Part shown: in pieces, positions 12,019-22,689 of the stretch
Layout of the letters: every line of letters starts with the position of its first letter
Position numbering within the stretch: position 1 is the first letter of the stretch
From: an uncultured Clostridia bacterium
GTDB taxonomy: Bacteria; Bacillota; Clostridia; TANB77; CAG-508
Assembly: GCA_963558405.1 (NCBI GenBank)
Contig: CAUWGC010000012.1
Location: 1 to 60,661, forward strand
DNA: 60,661 nucleotides
Direction: 5' to 3'
The notes under the pieces: model-generated
Told to the model about the DNA's origin: nothing
Database searches by the model: none
What the model saw: only the letters and a program-made list of their open reading frames with translations
Made by a program: the position numbers and the translations under genes

Positions 12019-12173
12019 TTTTCTCCTCCAATTTTCTTATTTTATCTTTAATATTATATACCCAAAACCTTATTTTTGTAAATACTTGTAAGAAATTTAG
12101 TGTATTGACATAATTTTTTGATTGTTTCTAAATTAAAAGAGAAGAAATATTAATTTCTCCTCTTTTTTCCATT

Positions 12174-13106
12174 TTATCCCCAATAGCAGTAGAAATACTG
12201 CTGACCTATAAGGATTTTTACTTTAATTCTTGCTCTTGCTTCAAGTTCAGCTTGAGATACACATTTTGGATTATAGAAATATAGAGCACCTTCCTCCCAA
12301 TATTTTGGATCTGTTAATCCTTGTCTGTAAGCTTCCTTTCTCAATAACTCTCTTGTGAAATCTTCTCCATTTGAAATTTCTTGTTTTACTTTGTCATAAG
12401 CAGTTTCTACAAAATCTGGTACTTCTGTAATTAATTCTAGCTTATTAGTAACAACATATACATTTCCTCCAATTACCGATGAGAACTGAGCAGGCTTGTT
12501 TACGACTTCATAAGTTGTTCCTCCAAAATCTTGATTTGAATTTACTCTGTTATTTAATACATGCATTACTGCACGTACTGCTTCTTCGCCATCTATTCCA
12601 GCTTCGGCATATCCCACAGCTTTATATAGAAATTCTTCTTCTGAAGGAACTTCAGTAAAGTAAGTATTTGGGGTTTCTTCAAACATATCAACATACTCTT
12701 CATTTGTGCTTTCTGATATTACATCATTAGATACTATATCAGCAGTTACTGTTTGAATTGTTTTTGTAGAACTTTCTTCACTTACCTTACTTAAGTTGCT
12801 TTCTATAACATTTAAAGCATTATTTTTTTCTGGAACTGCAAGTTGTATTGGTTTAGATGTTTTGCTAGTATCAACCTCTTCTGTTTTAACTGTTTCATTT
12901 AAGTTATTAAGTACTCTTGCTTCCCAATCTAGTGAAGTTAATACTGTAATAACTGTACATACGCTGATGCTAGCAATTAATAGCACTTGTACCTTTTTTT
13001 GGTTGTTTTCAATCCATTTTAGTATATAGTATACTAAAATCAAAGGAATAGCAACCGCTATTGGTAATTCTTTTCTCTTCCGGATTGTTTTTGTTGTTTC
13101 TCTCAT
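12174..13106 (-). CDS. membrane-anchored cell-wall hydrolase (SleB/CwlJ Hydrolase_2-like)
   Basis: AEA...AVMHVLNNRV...QFS...GALYFYNP...IGQQYFY; in-frame CGG at codon 9. Confidence 0.7.
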   Translation of the reverse strand: MRETTKTIRKRKELPIAVAIPLILVYYILKWIENNQKKVQVLLIASISVCTVITVLTSLDWEARVLNNLNETVKTEEVDTSKTSKPIQLAVPEKNNALNVIESNLSKVSEESSTKTIQTVTADIVSNDVISESTNEEYVDMFEETPNTYFTEVPSEEEFLYKAVGYAEAGIDGEEAVRAVMHVLNNRVNSNQDFGGTTYEVVNKPAQFSSVIGGNVYVVTNKLELITEVPDFVETAYDKVKQEISNGEDFTRELLRKEAYRQGLTDPKYWEEGALYFYNPKCVSQAELEARARIKVKILIGQQYFYCYWG

Positions 13107-13283
13107 CTTTATTTCTCCTTATCTTTTATGGAATTTATAATTTTACCATTTGGTAATACTTTTATTATACTACATTTTATGTAAATTTTCAATTTATCAT
13201 ATTTTTGTTACTAAACACAGTATATTTTTATTAATAATATTTTTTACTTTTCTTGCATATATAAAGGTATGGGGGTATTTTTT

Positions 13284-13561
13284 ATGAAGAATCAAAAAAT
13301 ATTATTAAAGTATCAAATATTTAGTATTATATTCACTTTTATATTTGGAACTTTATTACATTTTACATATGAATGGTCTAATCAAAATTTAGTAGTATCT
13401 TTGTTTTCTGCTATAAACGAAAGCACTTGGGAACATCTAAAACTTTTATATGTTTAATATTACTACTACTTAGTTTTATAATTTTTACTTATTATCCACC
13501 TAAAATAGGATTATTTAAAGATCCTATTACTAATAATTATGGAATATCACTAATTAAATAA
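13284..13561 (+). pseudogene. DUF6512-like membrane protein remnant with internal deletion
   Basis: N-part GTLLHFTYEWS...NESTWEHLKL stops at 13457; C-part FIIFTYYPPKIGLFKDP continues in another frame to TAA 13561. Confidence 0.65.
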
Positions 13562-13562
13562 A

Positions 13563-13606
13563 GAAAACACAACAAATATAAAATTTTATTATATTTGTTG
13601 TGTTTT
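13563..13606. terminator. bidirectional terminator
   Basis: aaaacacaacaaatataa...ttatatttgttgtgtttt inverted repeat. Confidence 0.7.
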
Positions 13607-14197
13607 TTATTTAGCCATACAATTTTTAGAACACGTTAATATTTTTTCACTTAACTTTTCTACTATACTAGTTTTAGAAATTTGATATTTTCTTAATAAA
13701 CCTTCGTATACTTCATTTAGTCCTTCCATTTTTTTAAAATCTTCTGGTTTAATTATTTCTGGCAAATTATTTTCTATTCCTGATTTATCAAGAACATATT
13801 TTACAAATTCTGCACAATAAAATGAATTTTTAAATTTAATTCTTTTACTAAATCCAACTGCCACCAGCCCTATTATATTAAAATTATGTAATTGTTTTGA
13901 ATTTTTTATATATTCAATTGTTTCTTTGGCATTTTTATATTGTTCTTCTGTCACATTTATAGAATATATTTTACATTTTGTTCTTTTAAACCTTTTAAAT
14001 GTACCATGATTTATACATTCATGTACAAATCCTCCCCAAAATGGATTATATGCATTTAATCTACCAAAACTATACATTTCATTTAATTTATTATCTAATG
14101 CTATAGAAACATGTGAAAATTCATCTTTTGTATAGTTTTTAATTATTTTTGATAATGTTGTTCCTGTATGTGTTAACAGAATATAGATTTTTTTCAT
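13607..14197 (-). CDS. permuted papain-like amidase (YiiX/YebB-like)
   Basis: FSHVSI...FYCAEFV permuted His/Cys motif; likely start MKKIYILLTH at 14197. Confidence 0.7.
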   Translation of the reverse strand: MKKIYILLTHTGTTLSKIIKNYTKDEFSHVSIALDNKLNEMYSFGRLNAYNPFWGGFVHECINHGTFKRFKRTKCKIYSINVTEEQYKNAKETIEYIKNSKQLHNFNIIGLVAVGFSKRIKFKNSFYCAEFVKYVLDKSGIENNLPEIIKPEDFKKMEGLNEVYEGLLRKYQISKTSIVEKLSEKILTCSKNCMAK

Positions 14198-14316
14198 TGT
14201 TACTAGTCCCCACTTATTAACACTTAAAATAGAATTGTTGATTTTACTTAACAATGATTATAACATACAATTCATAAATATTTTCTTAAATTTTTCTTAA
14301 ATAATTTTTAAAAATA

Positions 14317-15447
14317 TTATACACATTTATCAACCATTCCAATAATATTGCAAAACATTATATAAAATAATGGCTCACCTTGTAAAATTGGCTCTACTGA
14401 TAAATTTAATAACACAGATATGTATATTCCAACTAAAAAAACTTTTAATTTTACAGTATATTTATTACTTCTTACTAATTTTATTATGTTCCATAAACTA
14501 ATAACCGTAAATATTACTAATAACGTAAAAGGTATAAATCCTGTTTGATTTGCAACATCTAACCACATATTATGAACGTATTTTAAATTTCCTATCTTTT
14601 CGTTATTTCCTCCAATAGGATATTTAAAAATATTATTAATTGCACATAATATATTCTGTACTCTATACATGTCTGATTGTTCTGTTGAATATGGCTTATT
14701 TATTCTTCTTAAAAGCTTAGTATCTTCAATTTTTTCTTTAATTCCAATAAAATTACTATTATATATTAATAGAACAATACCCAAAACCGTAAATATTATT
14801 TTAGTATTATTTATTAATAAATGACTTTTCTTTCTATTTAGTACCATAAATGTTATCCATGATGATATAAACGAAACAATTAATATTACAATAAGAGTTC
14901 TTGTTCCTAATACAAGATTATACGCTAATGATAAACTAATACATATAATCATTATGCTTTTATATATATTATTTTTTATAAGAAAAATAGAATAAAAAGA
15001 GCTTCCTATAATCATTGTAAGCATAGTTGCTTGTAATGTTGCAGACCTAGGTAATCCTGTCCATATATCTATTGTATTTCTCTCTTGACTTCCAATATTT
15101 ATTATATAATTTGCCATTGCATGAATAAAAAAACCTATAGCTATGGAATATGTATATTTTATAATTGTTTTCTCAGAATTTTTACTTAATTCCATTATCA
15201 TCATACCTATATAATAAGAAAGTACACAGGCAATTGATGTTTTTGCTACATTTATTTCATATATCATAGAAATTATGTAATATGTACTTGCAAATCCTAT
15301 GATTATGATTAAATTTATGTTTATCAATATTTTATGTTTTTTATATGCAATATATATTATTAATATAAGAAAGATGCTTAATAATATTATATTTATATAG
15401 TCATAAAATGCTTTTGTACTAATTATACCCATTAATACATTAAACAT
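14317..15447 (-). CDS. O-antigen ligase/polymerase-like polytopic membrane protein
   Basis: many TM helices; late 'HNMWLD...G' motif; last gene of the polysaccharide locus. Confidence 0.65.
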   Translation of the reverse strand: MFNVLMGIISTKAFYDYINIILLSIFLILIIYIAYKKHKILININLIIIIGFASTYYIISMIYEINVAKTSIACVLSYYIGMMIMELSKNSEKTIIKYTYSIAIGFFIHAMANYIINIGSQERNTIDIWTGLPRSATLQATMLTMIIGSSFYSIFLIKNNIYKSIMIICISLSLAYNLVLGTRTLIVILIVSFISSWITFMVLNRKKSHLLINNTKIIFTVLGIVLLIYNSNFIGIKEKIEDTKLLRRINKPYSTEQSDMYRVQNILCAINNIFKYPIGGNNEKIGNLKYVHNMWLDVANQTGFIPFTLLVIFTVISLWNIIKLVRSNKYTVKLKVFLVGIYISVLLNLSVEPILQGEPLFYIMFCNIIGMVDKCV

Positions 15448-16744
15448 TTTTTATTATCTCTCTTCCTATAGATTCATATATAACATTATATTTTTTTATT
15501 TTTTCTATTTTAAAACAGTTTCTTCCATCTAATATTATTGGATTTCTCATCAATTTTTCAAATAACTGTATATCAATATTTTTTATACAATCCCATTCTG
15601 TAAATATAAAACAAATATCTGCATTACTGATAGTTTCTTCTATAGAATTACAATAAGCTATAGTTTCATATTTTATATTTTTATATACTTTTTCTCCAAC
15701 AGGATCAAAAGCTTTAATATTTGCTCCATCTTCTAATAATATTGGTATATTATCTAATGAAGGAGCTTCTCTTAAATCATCTGTATTTGGTTTAAATGTA
15801 AGACCTAAAATTGCCACATTGCAATTATTAAAAGACTCATAGTATTTTCTTGCTTTTTTTATAAGTCTTATTTTTTGATTTATGTTTACTTCTATTGCAG
15901 ATTTGATTGTTTTTAGATCATAATCATACAAATTAGCACACCAATTTAATGCTTTAGTATCTTTAGGAAAACAAGAACCTCCATAGCCAATACCTGCATT
16001 TATAAATTTATCTCCTATTCTATCATCAAATCCCATTCCTCTTGTAACATCCTCTATATTTGCACCTACTTTTTCACATAAATTAGCAATTTCATTAATG
16101 TATGAAAGTTTTAATGCCAAAAAATCATTAGATGCATATTTTATCATTTCTGCACTTTCTCTGTTTGTTATAATTATTGGAATGTTCATATTTTTGTATA
16201 GTTCTTTCATCTTATTTTTAGCACTTTCAGAATTAACACCAAGTACAATTCTTTTTGCATGTAAAGTATCTCTTATTGCAGTTCCTTGTGATAAAAATTC
16301 AGGATTTGATACTACCTCCACTTTTATGTTTGTTTTTATATTTTTGTTTATTATATTTTCAATTTTTTTATTTGTTCCTATTGGAACTGTTGATTTTATA
16401 ACTACAATTACATCTTTTTGTATATTTTTTACAATATCATTTACTACTTCATAAACATATTTTAAGTTAACACTACCATCTTTTCTTTCTGGCGTTCCTA
16501 CTGCTATAAATATAATGTCTGGTTCTTTATAGGCAATTTCTACATTTGATGTATATATAAGTCTTTCTTTATTTTTTTGCATTAATTCTTCTAATCCGTT
16601 TTCAAGTATTGGAGCTTTTCCACTTTTTAATAAGTTAATCTTTTCTTTATTTACATCAACACATGTAACTTTATTTCCCATTTCTGCTAAACACACAGCT
16701 GTTATTAAACCAACGTATCCTGTTCCTGAAACAACAATATTCAT
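15440..16744 (-). CDS. ugd: UDP-glucose 6-dehydrogenase
   Basis: GTGYVG, NPEFL, GYGGSCFPKD and FKPNTDDLREAP motifs. Confidence 0.93.
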   Translation of the reverse strand: MNIVVSGTGYVGLITAVCLAEMGNKVTCVDVNKEKINLLKSGKAPILENGLEELMQKNKERLIYTSNVEIAYKEPDIIFIAVGTPERKDGSVNLKYVYEVVNDIVKNIQKDVIVVIKSTVPIGTNKKIENIINKNIKTNIKVEVVSNPEFLSQGTAIRDTLHAKRIVLGVNSESAKNKMKELYKNMNIPIIITNRESAEMIKYASNDFLALKLSYINEIANLCEKVGANIEDVTRGMGFDDRIGDKFINAGIGYGGSCFPKDTKALNWCANLYDYDLKTIKSAIEVNINQKIRLIKKARKYYESFNNCNVAILGLTFKPNTDDLREAPSLDNIPILLEDGANIKAFDPVGEKVYKNIKYETIAYCNSIEETISNADICFIFTEWDCIKNIDIQLFEKLMRNPIILDGRNCFKIEKIKKYNVIYESIGREIIKNV

Positions 16745-16760
16745 TTTATATCATTCCTCT

Positions 16761-18089
16761 CTAGCACTTTATTCTAAATATATTCACTAATCTTTTAAAA
16801 ATGTCTATTATTGTTTGGTTATAAAATATTGATTTTAATATCATAAATGAAGATTTTCTTGTCTTCTTAAATGGCATTAATGCAATTATGTTTGTTACAA
16901 ATTGTGAAACTAGAGTTGCTATTGCTGCTCCTTTAGCACCAATTTGTGGAATTAAAATATAATTTAAAAAAATATTTACCATACATCCTGCTATAGTATA
17001 TACAAGTGTATATTTTTGTAAATTTTCTGATACAAGCCATAAAGATCTTGCTGTTCCTAATGTAGCAAAAAGTCCTGCCCATGCGCTAATATTTAGAACG
17101 TCGACAGCTCCATAGTATTCTTCTCCATATAAAACTAAAACTATAAATTTTCCAAATATTGATATTCCAATTGCAAATAAAATACTTATTAAAGAAATAA
17201 TATCATATAACCTTTGTACATTTTTGTTATATTGTATTTCATCATTTTTTTTACTTAATACAATCATTGGCTGAAAAGCCGTAACTATTGCAGTAGGTAT
17301 AAAATACCAAATTTCTGCAATTCTAACTGCTGCAGAATATATACCATTTTCAATTTTAGAGTTTAGCATAGTTCCAAGCATCACTTGATCAATTCTCATA
17401 TATAGTGTAATCATTAAACCGCTAATTGCTACATACCAACACCTTGATAATATTTTTTTTGCATAAGCTTTACTAAATTTAGACCTAAGTTTTATATGTT
17501 TTTTATACCATCTTTGTAATAATAATGCTACAACAATACTTTCTATTAAATATGTAGCAGTAAAACCTATAATACCTAAGTCATATACTACAACCAATAT
17601 TCTTGAAATAGCAACTAGTGTAGTGGCACAAAATCTAACAATAGAAATAGTTTTTTGTTTCATTTGTGATTGTAAATAATATTCTATAACTTCAAATGCT
17701 CTAAATAACATTGAAGTTCCAACTATAAGACCTAGTATTTGTGCAAGTATATCTTTTTTATTAAGTATATATATTGTTATTTGAGATATAACTAATAATA
17801 TTATCCCACCTATTATTCTTATATATAAACTTGTACCTAAAATATTTTCTTTGCTATCTTCTCTTTCTAAAATATCCTTTATAGTTATTCTTTCCATTCC
17901 TAATGTTGAAAAAGCTGTAAATAACATTACAGTGGAAATAATATAATTTATCATTCCATACTGTTCTACTCCTAAATATCTTGCAACAATAGAAGTTACA
18001 ACAACTGAAAAAAGCATTGTTATAATTTTTTCTCCAATTTGCCATATACTATTTCCCAACACCCTTTTTAATCCTATTGTTTTTTCCAT
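16761..18089 (-). CDS. wzx: polysaccharide flippase
   Basis: ARYLGVEQYG, MRIDQVML and GIYSAAVR motifs; about 12 TM helices. Confidence 0.88.
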   Translation of the reverse strand: MEKTIGLKRVLGNSIWQIGEKIITMLFSVVVTSIVARYLGVEQYGMINYIISTVMLFTAFSTLGMERITIKDILEREDSKENILGTSLYIRIIGGIILLVISQITIYILNKKDILAQILGLIVGTSMLFRAFEVIEYYLQSQMKQKTISIVRFCATTLVAISRILVVVYDLGIIGFTATYLIESIVVALLLQRWYKKHIKLRSKFSKAYAKKILSRCWYVAISGLMITLYMRIDQVMLGTMLNSKIENGIYSAAVRIAEIWYFIPTAIVTAFQPMIVLSKKNDEIQYNKNVQRLYDIISLISILFAIGISIFGKFIVLVLYGEEYYGAVDVLNISAWAGLFATLGTARSLWLVSENLQKYTLVYTIAGCMVNIFLNYILIPQIGAKGAAIATLVSQFVTNIIALMPFKKTRKSSFMILKSIFYNQTIIDIFKRLVNIFRIKC

Positions 18090-18101
18090 TGATGCTCCCT
18101 T

Positions 18102-19028
18102 CTATTTTAGTATTTCTCTAATTTTATTACTAATAAAATTTTTTAAAATTCTGTAGTTTGATCCACAGATTTTATTATACATTTTTTTATCATATTCATC
18201 GTCAACAATAACGTATGGTGGATGAAGTAAAGGGAATTTCATTTCATGATTTTTAAGATTAGAAACTGGTGATGCTTTTTTAGTATTTGTAGCCTCTATT
18301 CCTGCTCCTATGTTTGTAATTAAATTTACACTTGGAGAGATTGCAAGTCCTGATTGTATAATTCGTGCAAAACCCCATTGGTATGCCCATGAACTAAATT
18401 TAGCTTTTTTATTATATATATCATCATAAATACTTTTTCTTGAAATATATTGAAAAAAGTTTAACCTATGTTTTAATACGTTTTTTACATTTTCTTCATT
18501 CCATAGTTTAATGTCAAAATCATAATATTTCCATGCTCTTTTCCATGAAGCCCAACCCCATATTCCTCCAAACTTAGAAAAATGATAACTGTATTTACTT
18601 TTCTCCCACTTTTCTAGTTGATTTGTTCCACTAATTAGCATGATTCTTGTATCATGTTTATATTTTTGTAATAGCTCATCACAAAACTTAAAAAAACTTA
18701 TATTCGGTAAACAATCATCCTCTAAAAAAATACATTCATCTACATTGTCAAACACCCAACTAAAACCTGTTGCACCTCTTTTAGCACATCCCAAATTATT
18801 TTCGGAAAAATTTTTATATACTTCACATTTCCAATCTATGTTATCAAATATTTCTCTTGTTTTTTTACACTTTATTTTGTCATCTTCTCTATTGGCACGT
18901 GGTCCATCTGCAATAACAAACAATTTACTTGGTTTTACTTTTCTTACTTGTTCAAATACTCTTTTTGTGTCTTCTGGTCTATTAAAAATAAGCATAGCAA
19001 CTGCTGATTTTACTTGATAATCTTGCAT
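18102..19028 (-). CDS. GT-A-fold glycosyltransferase
   Basis: FNRP, DGPR, LEDD and WGWASW motifs. Confidence 0.8.
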   Translation of the reverse strand: MQDYQVKSAVAMLIFNRPEDTKRVFEQVRKVKPSKLFVIADGPRANREDDKIKCKKTREIFDNIDWKCEVYKNFSENNLGCAKRGATGFSWVFDNVDECIFLEDDCLPNISFFKFCDELLQKYKHDTRIMLISGTNQLEKWEKSKYSYHFSKFGGIWGWASWKRAWKYYDFDIKLWNEENVKNVLKHRLNFFQYISRKSIYDDIYNKKAKFSSWAYQWGFARIIQSGLAISPSVNLITNIGAGIEATNTKKASPVSNLKNHEMKFPLLHPPYVIVDDEYDKKMYNKICGSNYRILKNFISNKIREILK

Positions 19029-19045
19029 GCTTAATATGCCTCCTT

Positions 19046-19993
19046 CTAATTAAGTAACTGTCTTTTCCATTTTTTTATATTTTCGTTTGGTAAAATAATG
19101 TCAGTTATTAATTCTTTATTTATTTTATCATCTAGTTTATCTATATCGTTTCTTTGTATAACTGGTATATTGTAGTCTTTGTTAAGTTCTGTTGCTCTAT
19201 TATCAACTGCTAAAATAATACTCCTACATTTATATTGTAATGCTCTAATGCCTCCATGTAACCTGGTACCAATATAATCTACTTTTGTTTTTAAAATATT
19301 ATCAAATTCCTTTAAGTATGGAGGTATTACATGTATATTATGAATATTCATCTGTTTAAAATATTCATAATCATCACTACCTTGTGGCCAAAAATATATT
19401 TCTTTATAGTTTCTTTTTAAGATTTCAAATAACTTTTTATCTTTTTCAAAATCTTTTTTGTAATCTGTTAGTGTACATACTACTTTATCGCTTTTTATTT
19501 TTGAAATATCTTTGCAATGTTCTTTGGTCAAATTCCAAAAAGTAGGACATCCAGTATTTATTACATTATTAATTCCTATTTCTTTTAACTTTTGCTCTGT
19601 GTAGCTATCTCTAACACTATGAATATATTCCTTTGATAATAATTTCTTATATAAATTTTTAGTATATATTGTTGTTTTAGTAGAATATCTATTCCAACCC
19701 ACTCCCATTAATATTACTGGTTTCATATAATCTACATTCCACATTTTTATGTCCCATTGTCTAAACCTTGCATCTAATTTTGGCATTAATAAATTACTTC
19801 CCAAAACAAATGAATACCTTACATCTTTTATCCTTTTTAAATAATTATTATTTACAGGTAGATGTGTTGATATTTCTATATACATATCACTATCAAATAA
19901 TTTATCTAAATTTTGTTTACAACTCTCAGATATAATTTCATCTCCTAAATTCATAGATGAAATAGCAGGATTATATAATATAATCTTTTTCAT
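19046..19993 (-). CDS. polysaccharide pyruvyl transferase family protein
   Basis: NLGDEII, SVRD and RLHG motifs. Confidence 0.85.
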   Translation of the reverse strand: MKKIILYNPAISSMNLGDEIISESCKQNLDKLFDSDMYIEISTHLPVNNNYLKRIKDVRYSFVLGSNLLMPKLDARFRQWDIKMWNVDYMKPVILMGVGWNRYSTKTTIYTKNLYKKLLSKEYIHSVRDSYTEQKLKEIGINNVINTGCPTFWNLTKEHCKDISKIKSDKVVCTLTDYKKDFEKDKKLFEILKRNYKEIYFWPQGSDDYEYFKQMNIHNIHVIPPYLKEFDNILKTKVDYIGTRLHGGIRALQYKCRSIILAVDNRATELNKDYNIPVIQRNDIDKLDDKINKELITDIILPNENIKKWKRQLLN

Positions 19994-20000
19994 ATAAATT

Positions 20001-21257
20001 TCATCCTTTCATTACATCTTGGTATATATTTAATATATCTTGTACATTTTGATTTGGATTATGTCTAACTAAAGCTTTATTTCTTGCATTTGTTCCATAT
20101 TCTATGCATAACTCTTTGCTATCTAAAAATCTACTTATATATTCTGCACATAAAGCTGGTTCTGTATATGGATATAAAAATCCTTCTTTTTTATGTTCTA
20201 CTATATCCATTGTTCCTCCTGTATTAGTTGCAACACAAGGCATTCCAAGTATCATTGCTTCTGCTAATGAATTAGAACTATTTTCAATAACAGATGGAAG
20301 AACAAATACATTTGTTTTTAGTAATCTATCTAACATCTCATTTTCGTTAAGCATTCCTAAAAAAAATATTTGATTTTGTAAATTATACTTTTTTATTAAA
20401 TTTGAAATATATTTTGCATAACCTGTTTTTTTAGCTTTATTTATAATTGATTTACTATCTATAATATTATTTCCAGCAACGTAAACTTTTATATTTGGTT
20501 TTGTTTTTTTTAATATATTTACTGCCTCTATTAGATAATGGAATCCTTTTATAGGATATCCAGCTTGACTGCAAAAAATTGTATCTTTTTCTATATTTTG
20601 AATGTTCCACTTATTTTTATAAAATATTTTTCTTAAAGTTTCATTTCCTTTGTAGTATTTTAACTTTGGATTAATTGCTTTTGTATTTGCAAAATCCCAA
20701 GTTGTTCTTCCAATTACAGCTTTTGCCCTTTTTAACATTTCTACTTCATTTTTTGCTCTATTTATAAATTTGTTCTTTTGTCTAAATATATTATCTTGTT
20801 TTATTACATCCCTTATTGTTATATTTTTTATAATCTCTTTAATTTCAATATTACCATAATATACTTTTTCTAAAGACGAAATTAAACCTTGTATTGAAAT
20901 TACTGTTTTTATATTGGGATACTTTTTCATAAACGCTAGTCCATGTGCATATTCTGTACCATGAATATGTACTAAATCAGGTTTAAAATCTTCCTTTACA
21001 TATGACCAATATTTTTCTAAATTAGAATTGTATTTTAACGCTGGTGCTCCTGGGATTAAATAATATTTTATATTTTCATTTTCTAATATTTTAATTTGTT
21101 TTCCATAATAAACTGTAGCAATTCCTAAATTTACATTGTTTACATATTTAAGGTTATCTGCTAAACTTTGTAACCAACCTCCAAAAAAACTTTCTTTAAT
21201 ATTTAATATACTTGCTGGATATGGAAATATTTTATTAACAATCCATAATACTTTCAT
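20001..21257 (-). CDS. GT4 glycosyltransferase
   Basis: ENSSNSLAEAM (ExxxxxxxE) motif. Confidence 0.85.
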   Translation of the reverse strand: MKVLWIVNKIFPYPASILNIKESFFGGWLQSLADNLKYVNNVNLGIATVYYGKQIKILENENIKYYLIPGAPALKYNSNLEKYWSYVKEDFKPDLVHIHGTEYAHGLAFMKKYPNIKTVISIQGLISSLEKVYYGNIEIKEIIKNITIRDVIKQDNIFRQKNKFINRAKNEVEMLKRAKAVIGRTTWDFANTKAINPKLKYYKGNETLRKIFYKNKWNIQNIEKDTIFCSQAGYPIKGFHYLIEAVNILKKTKPNIKVYVAGNNIIDSKSIINKAKKTGYAKYISNLIKKYNLQNQIFFLGMLNENEMLDRLLKTNVFVLPSVIENSSNSLAEAMILGMPCVATNTGGTMDIVEHKKEGFLYPYTEPALCAEYISRFLDSKELCIEYGTNARNKALVRHNPNQNVQDILNIYQDVMKG

Positions 21258-21342
21258 TTATTTATCCTTTCAATTATCTTTATAGTATTATTATAGTAAA
21301 TTTATTCGTTTTTTATTACAAAAATAGCACTATTTTCTAGTG

Positions 21343-22629
21343 CTATTTTTGTAATATTTTTTCTTGTATTTTATTTTTTATATTTTCAAAATTTGTTATA
21401 AAAATCATTGTTAATAAAACAAATGTCGATGTTCCAGATTGATAATTCCATCTTATAATAGAAAAAAATAAGTTTAATAATACAAAATTTAATAATATAA
21501 AAGAAAATATATCTTTTTTACGATAATATTGATTTAAGCTTAAAATTATTAAAATACTGTGCAGTATTGGAAATATAATAACTCCCAAAAATCCATAGTC
21601 TAGATAAAAATTCATTACACATGTATAAAAAGCATTAAATTCTGTATCTTCACCTATTTTGATAGGTATTTGTGTTTGTTTTCCCATGATATTATTAAAA
21701 GAATTAATTTCTGCTCCCATTCCTTTTATTGGATATAATATAATTTCTTCTATTCCTGCAAATGTAGCTTGTCCATAAGTATATTTGTACTTAAGCCCTT
21801 CAAACCCATTTTTTATAAAATAATCTAACAGTCTAAAACTTCCTACTGAATATTCTATAATTTGTTCAGACTGATTTTTTATTGTCTTTTTTATATTGTC
21901 TACTACTGAAACATTATTTTTACAAATTCTAGCATAAATCATTCCAAATAACATTACAAAGATAGCACAAAAAATAACACTAATTTTTGTAATATTTTTT
22001 AAATTTATTAATTCTTTTAGATTAGATTTTAATAAAATATTTATAAAAATATATATTGCAATATTTAAATATACCATTCTGCTATATCCAATTAGCGAAA
22101 ACTCTAGTATTGTAAATGAGATTAATATAAATATTGGATTTTTATACCTTTTGTTAATTAACATTACTGAAAAGATTATAGAAGCTATATATACGTATCC
22201 AGCAATAATATAGTTAAAAAATAAAGTCTCTATACTACTTCCAAATAGATCTATAAACCTTACCATACGAATTTGTAATTTAGACATATCTTTTATTATA
22301 ATATTATATTTGATAAGATAGTAAGTCACTATAAAAAACATTATAAAAGTTAAAAATAAAAAGATTTTTGATTTTAGTAACTTATCTAATGACATTAACA
22401 TTTTATTTTGGGCATTGTTAAAATCCTCTTTTGTTTTAATTATATATTTTGAAATTATATTAAAAGCAAGTAAAAATGATGTTGTACATATTATTATTAA
22501 TAAATACGTATATCCTGATACTTTGTACATACCCAATGGATTAAAAAGAGAGATGATAATTAATAAAATTATTTGGATTCCATAAGCAAATGATATTTTT
22601 TTAATATTTTTATCTATCCACATTATCAT
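21343..22629 (-). CDS. wzy: polysaccharide polymerase (Wzy-like)
   Basis: about 10 TM helices; 'NAFYT...YLDYGFLG' loop motif; locus context. Confidence 0.7.
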   Translation of the reverse strand: MIMWIDKNIKKISFAYGIQIILLIIISLFNPLGMYKVSGYTYLLIIICTTSFLLAFNIISKYIIKTKEDFNNAQNKMLMSLDKLLKSKIFLFLTFIMFFIVTYYLIKYNIIIKDMSKLQIRMVRFIDLFGSSIETLFFNYIIAGYVYIASIIFSVMLINKRYKNPIFILISFTILEFSLIGYSRMVYLNIAIYIFINILLKSNLKELINLKNITKISVIFCAIFVMLFGMIYARICKNNVSVVDNIKKTIKNQSEQIIEYSVGSFRLLDYFIKNGFEGLKYKYTYGQATFAGIEEIILYPIKGMGAEINSFNNIMGKQTQIPIKIGEDTEFNAFYTCVMNFYLDYGFLGVIIFPILHSILIILSLNQYYRKKDIFSFILLNFVLLNLFFSIIRWNYQSGTSTFVLLTMIFITNFENIKNKIQEKILQK

Positions 22630-22689
22630 CCCTCCCTATCCTAGTATAAAAAAATTAAAAGTAATAATATTCTCTTCTTATCATGTCAA

